Below are positions 12,341 through 22,700 of a stretch of 64,000 nt of DNA, in pieces (positions within the stretch are counted from its first letter, which is position 1; each line of letters opens with the position of its first letter). A program made the translations under genes and the position numbers. This DNA comes from Vicugna vicugna (lineage: Eukaryota), in NCBI GenBank assembly GCA_013265495.1, contig MU059418.1:3022773-3086772 (forward strand), written 5' to 3'. The notes beneath the pieces are model-generated. The model worked only from the letters and a program-made list of their open reading frames with translations, was not told the origin of the DNA and made no database searches.

Positions 12341-14943
12341 GAATTCAATACCTCCTTGCTGTGGTAGCATTTTCAGAGTCCTTCAATGTCTTTATTCATA
12401 GAAGGACTTCCAGACATTGGGGTGCATTGGTGGCAATTTGGGCTGGGGATGGGTCCCAAATTACACCCTCTCTGTCTACCTGCTGGCCCTTGCTTTCTCC
12501 GGTGCTCAGCTCCCCCACTGGCACTTTGGGCTAGAAGGGGAGAGGTCAGAGGTACTAGGCCTCTTTTGGGCTTTGCTCCATCAGCTCATTGCTCATGGAA
12601 ATCTCCAAGTAGCCCCGGCTCAGCAGCCGCGTCCAGGTCTGTCTGCTCCTAAGGTGTAGGCTCTGGAACTCTGGGCAACTGCTGATCTGAGGCCTTTGGT
12701 GGAGAGGAATTGGGAACACCTAGACCCTGCTCCTCAGCTTGGCTCCAGCCCCCTCAGACTTCCAATCTCTATCTTTGGCTACTTTACACTCTTCCCTGGA
12801 TTCTGCGTCTCCCCTCCAACTCTTCCTAGGCCCAAGGTTGCCTGGCCCTGCTGTAGAGGGTGTAGGCTGGAGTGGGCAGACAGCATGTCAGTCTTTTAGG
12901 GCAGCGACAGGCCTGTCCAGGGCCACCTGGGTCTGGGGGCCTGGAGACACTGAGGCTAGAAAGCCCAATGCCCAGCCCTCCCTGACAGCCCTTCCCCTGC
13001 TGTCAATACCTTCAGTCCCTTGAGATTGTGGTTCTTTGAGCGATTTCCAGAGAGAGTTCCTCCAGCCCAGGAGAGTGGACACACTGCAGGCCAGGCTGCA
13101 AGTGACCCTGCTGCCCTCATGCTGGTCCTGCCTGAAGTTGCTTCTCCCTTCCTGGTTTTCACGTGCTGCGGTAGAGAGCCTTCTACCTTGCAGTGGGATC
13201 CTGGAGTCTGGCCTGGGCCTTCCTCTCTCCTCATCAGGGTTTCGGTATCCTCAACTAAGCTAAGGGCCTGGACACGATGATTTCTCTTCCGACTCTGATG
13301 TTCCTGATTCCTAACACCCTAGCCTTTAATTTAAAAAAAAAAAAAGGAGAAGAAGGAGAAATGTAAAAGATGCAGGAAAGTACTGAGAATAATTAACAAA
13401 CCATTGTTCACATTTTGTCTTATTTGCTTCAAGTCTTTTTCCCCAGGATTCTAGCACTTCAGGGTTCTAATGGCTCTGGATTCTAACTCCCCAGGATTCT
13501 AAATGGAGGTGCATATATGTCTTGTCTCTGTACTTAGAACATTGGGAAGGGAAGGCATGAGGAAAGACTTTGGGGTGTCTATACTGGCTACTCGGGGAGC
13601 GGGTTATTGGGATGAGAGGGTAGTTGTTAAGAAACAAAGCATCCAGAGGTCTAAAATCCTGAAATCCCAGAGTCCTAAAGTTGGAGCAGATGCCTGAGGT
13701 CATCCAGACCAAAGCCTCGAGCCATGTGCAACCTCTGCTTGACTCTTCCTTGCTTTTGGCTGGCTTGCTTTCTTCCAAGGCACTGACTGGCTCTGAGTGT
13801 GAAAAAGTCCTTTCTTGTGTGTGTGTCTCCAAACTCTGCTTCCTGGTAACTGCCCCACTGTTCTGCTCTCAAGGCCACACAAATCCCACAGGCTCCCTCT
13901 GCTCCAGGATGGCACTTCAGGTGTTTAGAGTTGGTACCGCAAGTCCTCGCAGATTGTAGCATTCATTGCATCTCTCAGTGCATCTCGGGTTTTCTCATTG
14001 CTTTGTCATGTTTGTCTATGAGCTCATCTCAGCAGGAAGCTGTGCCATGGGTAGTAGAAGTGAACTTACAGGGCAGGTCTAGACCCATTTTTTTGGGTTG
14101 GTTTCTCAGCCCCAGGTTTGTGTACTGAGGAGGTAATTCTAGAATTCAGACCTGCATTGTATTTGGTATAGCCTAGGCTTGTTAGAAGTTCTGATTCTCC
14201 AGACTAATTCTATTGCTTGGGCCTTAGGCACTGCTTTCTGAGCATCTTTGAACAGGGGCAGAGTTTTCCCCAACCCTCTGGGCTCTTAAGCTCAGTTCCT
14301 TAGCCTCTGACCCCATATGGAGGTTAAAACTATAAACTATCTATCAAGTTTGATTAATTCTCTTATTTCTTAGATACTTACTGAATTTCTATTATGTGCA
14401 AGTACTCTGCAAGGTGCTGGCAATCCAAACCATGCTCTTCCCGTTTAGTAGGAGCTTGGAGGGAGGCAGACAAGAAACAACCTAAGTTCTAGGAAGAGAA
14501 TTAAAACAGAATGATGTTCTACAGATATGATGTGGAGAGAAAGAAGAAAAGAATACATAATGTGGGATTCCACTCATATAATTTCAAAAATTAGCCTGTG
14601 ACATTGTAAGTCAGGATAGTTGGTGAAGCAGTGGTGACTGAAGGAGGGTGTGAGGGGGATGCTGGTCATTTTGGATTCTTGAACAGTGTGTGTTCACTTT
14701 GCGGAAAGTCATCAGGCCATACAAGAACATTCACCACAGCCCCGATGGTAATGGCAAAAAGAGAACAATCTAAATGTCCACCCGAAAGAGACCTGTATCA
14801 TTTTGTAACATGGGGAAATATCTATAGGATAAATTCCTAAAAGGGTCTGGGCATCTGTAATTTTGATAGATATTGCCAAATTTGGCCATGTAGTTTCAAC
14901 AAAGTTTTCATGTGACATGCATAGTGTAAAGTGTACACATCTT

Positions 14944-14996
14944 TTTTTCATTGAGTTATAGTCAGTTTACAATGTATCAATTTCTAGTGTACAATC
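14944..14996 (-). mobile_element. Ultra-short L1 tail insertion with a 13-bp TSD
   Basis: Same 3' tail as the 9766 copy; TSD gtgtacacatctt / gtgtatacatctt. Confidence 0.65.
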
Positions 14997-16197
14997 GTGT
15001 ATACATCTTAAGCATATGGTGGTTTAGTTTTACAGAGTAAACACACCTGTGTAACCACTGCTCAGCAGATAGAGCATTTCCTGGATTCCAGAAGCTTCTC
15101 TTGTGCCTCCTCCCATCATTACTTTCCCTCAAAGGACCACTCTTCCACTTTTATCATCATTTTTGTTACTTTTGCCTGTTTTGAAAATGTATCTTTGAAA
15201 TTATTTCTATACATTTTATAGACTATATGTATGTTTGGAATTGGTAGCCTATTGGTACAGAGGGTTTCTTTTTATGAGCTCAGCCTGACGTCTGGCTGGA
15301 ATCCTGGCTCTGGACCTGTAGTTCTTCATGCCCAGTGTTGAAGCTTCCAGGATCCTTTGATTCTCTGACTCTAAAATTCTGTGGCGTCACTGAATGGGGT
15401 GATGGACAGGAGAGCCTGGGCAGTATCAGGCTGACTGAGTGCCTGCACCCCCAACCCCTGCTGAGAGGAAGGTGCGGGAGAGGGCTAAGAGTGCAGAGAT
15501 GGCTTCCTGTGAATCTTGTATGTCAGTATGAAGGGGCTCCTAATTGGTCTAAGTTTCTCAATTTGCTTCCTTTTTGGCCAAATCATTCCTTTATGCCTGT
15601 GGTCCCAGGTCTGGTTTTCTTCTTGTACGGTGTCCCTAGGGGACCCCCAGGGAGCTGGGGATAGAGATGGGGACAGGGAAAGAGACAGCATCCAGGTACT
15701 TGGAGAGGAATGTCTCCCTCTCGCTGCTTCTCTTTTTGACCTGGTCTCTGCCGCTTCTTATCTGTGAGACTTGATCAGTGCTTTCCTTTCCCTGAGCCTC
15801 AGTTTCCCTGGATATGTGGAGAAAGCTGAACCAAATTATTCCAGGGGGCATTTTGTGGTTCCCCCTCTCTGAGTCTCCTCAGTCTCCATTTCTGAGAGTG
15901 TGGGTCTTTTTCTGGGCTCATCAGACTCCCTGTGACTCAATTTCTCCCTGGGAGCATTTCAGTCCCCCCAAGTCTCTCCTGCCTTGTCCCTGCCCCTGTC
16001 AGTCTCTGAATCCCAGCNNNNNNNNNNNNNNNNNNNNNNNNNNNNNNNNNNNNNNNNNNNNNNNNNNNNNNNNNNNNNNNNNNNNNNNNNNNNNNNNNNN
16101 NNNNNNNNNNNNNNNNNNNNNNNNNNNNNNNNNNNNNNNNNNNNNNNNNNNNNNNNNNNNNNNNNNNNNNNNNNNNNNNNNNNNNNNNNNNNNNNNN

Positions 16198-16253
16198 TTG
16201 AGGGTGGTAATAAAAGCAGTAGCCCAGCTCCCAGCCCTCACCGTGGTGCTGAG
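16198..16253 (+). other. MYH7B: Probable 5' non-coding exon of MYH7B (its 5' part or the promoter is hidden by the N-run 16018-16197)
   Basis: Donor GAG|gtgggt at 16253 pairs with the acceptor at 16517; reads ...GNKSSSPAPSPHRGAE, resembling the human upstream exon (MSGNK...PHRGAE, recalled from memory). Confidence 0.6.
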
Positions 16254-16590
16254 GTGGGTGATCAGGACTGGAGTCGGAGCCTGCAGGAGGGCAGACAGGC
16301 TGGTGGGTGGGGGTGCTTGTGGGTTGGCACAGGTCTCTCCATTTCTGTGGGAGATGATACCCTGATGTTTGAGAGTGTGCATGTGTATGTTGAGGGCTCA
16401 CCAGGGAGGCTGAGGTGGGGAGCCCCAGGGAATCACTTAGGTCTTGTGGGTTGTTGGATCATGTCCCGGTTTGGGGCCCCTGGTCCCTCAGTTCCCCTGT
16501 CACTGCCACCTTCCAGTGCCTGCTGCCTTGGACTACCTTGAACCTCCAAGATTTCTAGTGCCTCATCCTCCACCTCTCAGTGCCTCTACC

Positions 16591-16681
16591 ATGATGGATG
16601 TGAGTGAACTCGGGGAGTCTGCCCGCTACCTCCGCCAGGGCTACCAGGAGCTGATGAAGGTGCACACTGTCCTATGGGATG
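16591..16681 (+). CDS. MYH7B: MYH7B coding exon 1 (MMDVSELG...VLWD)
   Basis: ATG at 16591 (ctaccATGatg); donor G|gtaagt; acceptor ttccag| gives an exon start at 16517. Confidence 0.93.
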
Positions 16682-19600
16682 GTAAGTGAGGGCAGAGGGG
16701 CATAGCCACAGAGAAGCCCTTCTGGACTCACACCAGGAGCGGGGAGGGGTGGCACTCAGCTCAGGTCTGAAGGAGTACACTGACCTGACAGCTGTTGCCC
16801 TGCACCTTTCCCTCAGATTCTGGGGCCCTGAGGGGAAAATCCCAGGGGCCTCGTGTACATAACTGTGTGTCTGTGAGCAAGCCTTGGTTTGCTCCTCTGT
16901 AAAATGGGACAGTATCGCCTGCCTCCTGGGGCTACAGCCCATGTCTGGACACTGAGGCTTCTGAGATGAGAGCAATTGGTATGTGTGCAGGCTGCCTCCA
17001 CATATCCATAAAACCTGTGCTGGAGTTATTTTTAGTGCTTTCCAGGAGCCAGAGCCTCTGTTTATTAGGGACAGGAATAAAGGCTACTATTTATGACCTG
17101 ATTTGCTCATAGGACAATAATAACAATAGGCAACGTGTATCAAGTGCTTACCATGTGCCAGGCCCAGAGCAGATGACTTTCCATGCATCATCTCAACAGC
17201 CTGGGGAGGCGGAGACCAGAGCCAGGGCCAGCTTCACGGGTGTGCAGCCTCTGCACAGGGCACCACCCCCAGAGGGGCCTCACACTTGATTAGCATTCTG
17301 TTATCACCATCTTGAAATTTTCAATAATTTCTTAACAAGGGGATCTGCATTTTAACACTGGGGCCTGCAAGTTATGTAGCTGGTTGTGACTAAGGCACTT
17401 GGCTAGTAAGTGGCAGGACAGGGAACAGAACCTGGTGGTCTGCAGTTTGAGTCTGTGCCTTTAACTACCATGAAATATTGGCTCCCTGGAGCTCTGGGGC
17501 AGCTGGCCAGGCAGAAGGGAGCACAGAACACAGACTTAGAAGACCTGGGTTTGGGTCTTCAGTGAAATGGGGGAGGCAGAACCTCCTGAGAATTAAATGC
17601 ATGATACTGAGAGCTGCTCCATATGGGAACTAAGGAGATGCCTGTAATGTTTTCACCTTGGAGGAAACAGCCCCAGAGAGAATGAGGGATTTCCCCAAGG
17701 TTACAGGGTAAAGATGATAAGCAGAACCCTGAACCCAAGTATGGACCCAGGGCTGTGAGGGGCTGTTACCTCAGTCAGGGAACCCTCTAAGGAGATCTCT
17801 AGGGACCCTGCCAGCTCTGCCCTTCCAGGAGCCTGGGTCTGGAACAGCCTTCTCTGGGTACTTCTGTGTCCTGACTGAGGGGCTCCTGGGAGGAGCACAG
17901 CGCTATAGACACACCTTGGGAACCCCAGCTGGGCCTCCAGCCCCGGGGTGTGTGTCACCCTTCCTCAAAGCCCCAATGCTCTCCCCGAAACCCAGGGAAG
18001 AAGCGGGTCTGGGTACCTGATGAACAGGATGCTTACGTGGAGGCTGAGGTCAAGTCGGAGGCTACTGGGGGCAGAGTCAACGTGGAGACCAAAGACCAGA
18101 AGGTTTGGCTCCCCTTTTCCCGGGATTAGCTTCTCTGCCCTCCGGGGTGTAGCTCCTGGCCAGCGTGCTCTGGATAAAGGGAGGTCTGGGAGCACAGAGC
18201 AGGGAGAGGCTGAGGTCAGTTGGTTCCTGCCCCCTGCCCCCCCACCATACGGCATTCCTGGCAGGTACTGACGGTGCGCGAAGCAGAGCTGCAGCCCATG
18301 AACCCGCCGCGTTTCGACTTGCTGGAGGACATGGCCATGATGACGCACCTCAACGAGGCATCCGTACTGCACAACCTGCGCCAGCGTTATGCTCGCTGGA
18401 TGATCTACGTGAGCCTAGGGCTGGGGAGGGCCGCGGATGGGATGGGGCCGTTTGTGTTGGGGCGGGGCTGTAGCAGCAGGGGCGGGGCTAGGACCCTGGG
18501 GAAGGAGCGGAGCTGTATGTCATTGGGAAGCGGAGCTCGGAGGTGGGGTAGGGTGATGTCTAGGGGCTGTGGAGGCGGGGCCACTGGCTGGGGCGGGGCT
18601 AGGGGAGGGCTGGAGGTTTGGCTATAGGAGTGTGGGGGAGGAGCTGCAGCAGCACAGGCTGGGCAATGAGGCTGTACAGGTGGGGCCATGGTAAGGGTTA
18701 GGGCCCCGAGGACAGCAGAGGGTGTGCCGTGGCACGTTAAGCAGCTCCTCGGGGGTTTTGTGAGGGCTAGGGCCTGGGGATGGGAACTTGGCCTCCAACT
18801 ATTCACCTGTACATTCTCTCCTCAGACATACTCGGGCCTCTTCTGTGTCACCATCAACCCCTACAAATGGCTCCCAGTCTATACAGCCTCCGTGGTGGCA
18901 GCTTACAAGGGAAAGCGCCGCTCAGAGGCCCCGCCCCACATATACGCGGTGGCAGACAACGCCTACAATGACATGCTGCGCAGTAAGGACCACCTTGACT
19001 CCACTCCCTGACCCAAGACCCTTCCCCCGGCTCCAGGACCACCTTCTCTCCGCTTGCACTGCCTTCCTTTTGAAGCTGCTGGACACTATCATAGTCATTG
19101 TCTCTCCAAGTGGGAGCTGGCCTGTAGTCTGGAGGGTCCCACCTGGTCCTTCCCACTACTAGCCCTGGGTGGTAGAGGGGCTTCCACAGCGCCAAAGATA
19201 TCCAAGGTGTCCCACCTGTGGCTAGTCCCTCACTTTGGCTAACTTCTCTATCCCCTTCCTTTTCCTCCAGACCGGGAGAACCAGTCCATGCTGATCACGT
19301 GAGTGTGGGGCTCTGGGGTTGGGGTGGGAAATGCTGGTCATCTGTCAGGAAGGGAGTGGAATTAAAATCATTTAAGGTTGAATACAAAATATTTAGGGGA
19401 GTGGTTTTACTACCTGGAGCCAGTGTCCCAGGTGAAGCTAAATTAGACTGTTTTCTTTGCCCCCATTCTGGGCAGATGTGTTATGTATGGGTGGTGGGCA
19501 GGAAAGGGCTACTGGAGTGAACACCAGCCCTGATAGGCCCCTCTTCCGGAGCCTGGACTTTTCTCCCACCTTGTTTCTTTTGAGAGTTCTGATTCTAGCT

Positions 19601-19732
19601 CAAGGGGAAGGGGGAGATCTCTTTCCCTTTCCCTCCCTCTTACCATCTCCTTATTTCTGAATCTTACTTCTAATCTTTTGTTTGCCCCCCACGCGAAAGT
19701 GGTAGAATTCTTACATACCAAGTTTGTGTGTG

Positions 19733-19775
<43 letters not shown>

Positions 19776-22700
19776 CCTGGTGGTTAAGTGCAAGACCTTT
19801 GAGACCAGAAAGACCTGTATTCAAGTTCTCGTGGGTCCACTTCCTGATGGTGCCCTTGGGCCTCTGAATCTCATCAGTAAAGACAGAACAATCCCACTTA
19901 CCTACCATCTATGCCAGAGCTATAGGCGTCAGAGAGTTCTTGTTTGTACTTGACACACAGCAGAAACGGCTACATAATGTCTCTGGGTCCCATTTCCTTA
20001 TCTATAAAATGGAGGCAATAATGGTGCCTGCCTTACAAGGTTTCTGAGGCTTAAATAAGTCAATACAGGTAAAGCCCGTGGCCCAGTGCCTGGCACTAAG
20101 TTAGTGCTCAGTAAACAGAGGCATCATCGTGTGTTTTCTCATCTCACTGGGATGGTCTATACTGCCTTGTTTTGTGAACAGCTCAATACTTCAGAGGGTT
20201 CATCTATCTCTGGGAGCTCTGGGTTGCATGGTCCTGAGTTGGGAGCTGGGTGTGGGGAGGGCAGAGGGACGCAGCTTGAGGGGTAGGTAGGGTGTTGGGG
20301 GATGGGAGGAATGAGAGTAGCCAGATAGGCCTTGGTGACTCATGTTTGTATCGTCCAAGCGGAGAGTCGGGGGCCGGTAAGACGGTTAACACCAAGCGGG
20401 TCATTCAGTACTTTGCCATCGTCGCTGCCCTGGGAGACGGGCCGGGAAAGAAGGCCGTAAGACTCGCCCACGTGGGCGCTGCTCCCTGCTGCTTCTCACT
20501 GTTTTTCTTTTCTTCTTCTTCTTTTTTTTTTTTTTTTTTTCTTTTTAAAACTGATTCCCCAGAGCCCTGCCTGAGCCTCCCATCCTGGTGGCAGACTCTG
20601 GCCTGAGCAAGGCTTGACCAGAGAGGCTGTGGCCATTCTCTGTCACACTGTATGACAAAGTTCCAGGCTTGCCTCAGTCTTCCCATCTGTAACCACATTT
20701 TATTCCTAAACATTTTATGTAATTTTCCCTTCCATCATGACCTTCATATTTTGAAAGAGTTTACCAAATAGGTTGCTTTTACCAAGAAGTGTTTGTTTTC
20801 TTGCACCAGTTACTTGCTGTCAGTCAAGCAAGCAGATCTGTACAGAGTTCAGCCAGAACCAAGGGCACCTGGCACTCCCAAGCCAAGATTAAGGAACAGT
20901 TTTGCACCCCATGATTTCTGTTTCGTTTTTTAAATTTTCTGAAATGATGGGGGACCAGTATTTTGTTTTTAATGTACAACATTCATTCCTAGCCTGAGGG
21001 CCAGCTGTTCAGAGCTCTGTGTGTGCTCCCTGCCCCCAAAACGGGCTGCCTTTTCTTTCCAGAAGCCGAGGGCCTCCTTTTGCACAGCCCCCCACTCCTG
21101 GTCTTGTTGAGCCTTGCTTTATTCTGGGGCATTATTTTTTCTTTTTCTTTTTTCTTCTTCCACTTAGAGTTTTTTTCTTTTTCTTTTTGCCTTACCTGTT
21201 TCCCCACTTAATTTTCTTGTCTTTTTCTTTTGGTTTTAGTTTGGGTTTTTTGTTGTAGTGGTTGTTTTTATTGTTTTGTTTTGTTTTTGCTGTTGCCTTT
21301 TTGGCACTCTTTCCTCCCTCCCCAACTCCATTTTCCAAACTCCTGAAGTGTCTCTGAGGATGCTACAGAAAGTTGGGGCTTGGCCCAGTAGCAGGAATGG
21401 AGGGCAGGGAGCTGGCAGGGTGGGGGGTAGGGGTCACCTGGGCAGAAAGGAGCCCTGCCTCATGGAGTTGGGGTGGGTGGGGAACTGTCAGGCAGGGGAG
21501 GTGGAGAGAAAGGCTGGCCCACAGTGGGCCATGGGTGCTGGAGCTTAAAAACTGTATCAACCCCCCTCTCCTTGGCCCCACATTTGACCACATCTGCCAG
21601 AGAGAGCCTTGTTCAAAAGTGCTGTTTGTGAGTGTGTAGGGTGGAGCTCAGGAGAGGGGCTTTTGCCATTTTCCTCCTGCCTCTGTCCCTCCAGCAATAT
21701 CTCGGGGATTTTTAAGTTTTGGGCTCCCTGGAGGTGAATGAATAAAGTCTCCTGGCAAGGGACAGGTGGCATGGCACCTGTCATTCCAGAATCCATTCCT
21801 TCCTTTTTCTCCCTTTTTTCCCAGGCTGCTGGGATTCAGGGTAGGGAAGAGAAGGAAAGGGAAGTGGAGGGAAGATAAGAGTGAGGCCAGGAGAGGAATG
21901 GGGAGGCTCCCCTCCCTTCAGTAAGTCCCTCTAGATAAGACATACAGGTGGCGTGGCCACGGGGAAGCAGAATGCCTGGGCTCAGTGTCTGCTCTGCCCT
22001 TCCCTTACTGTGTGGCCTTAAGCGATCGCTTTCCTACTCTGAGGCTTAGTTTCCTCATTTGCAAATGAGGGCTGATAATCTGCACCTGGCAGGGCCTTTT
22101 TGACTAATAGTAGGTGTACTATGTACACTGAAGACACACCTAATCACAATACAAAGGGGCAGCGTGGAGAAAGGCAATCACAGAGGGAGGTGAGGGGTAA
22201 GAAGGTTTGGGCAGAAAGGGATCTCTTCCAGACTTGAAGCATCAGGGAAGGCTTCCTAGAGGAGGAGGCATGTGAGCTGGGCTCTGAAAGGAAGTAGATT
22301 TTAGTCAGGAACCTCTAGGGCTTGGGGCAGGGGCCATTCCTGGGGTGTGAGAAATGAAGGGGTATGGAGGAGGCCAGAGACAGAGCTGGGGGAGGGAAGG
22401 GCTGCAAGTAGGAGACCCCAGTTGCAGCCCCTGCCTCAATCCCCTGACTAGGGCCATGCTTGCTCCACTTTCTAGCATTTCTCCTTCTAATAGTCCTTGA
22501 GGGTCAGGCATGGGGAGTGGGGCGGGCACTACACATTTGGGTGACTAACGTTCACTGTCCTGCTAACCACTGCCACCCCCCCCCGCCCCCGACCTGGTTA
22601 GACCTCACACTCTCTAACTTTGTCTTCCTTCTTCCAGCAATTTCTGGCCACGAAGACAGGAGTAAGTATGGGGCCCGTGTGAGGGGGGCAGACAACAATC

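Noticed and set aside
14876-14885. Perfect CArG box CCAAATTTGG 1.7 kb upstream of the ATG
   Set aside because: It lies within L1-derived sequence with no neighbouring muscle motifs and is likely chance; it would need SRF ChIP support
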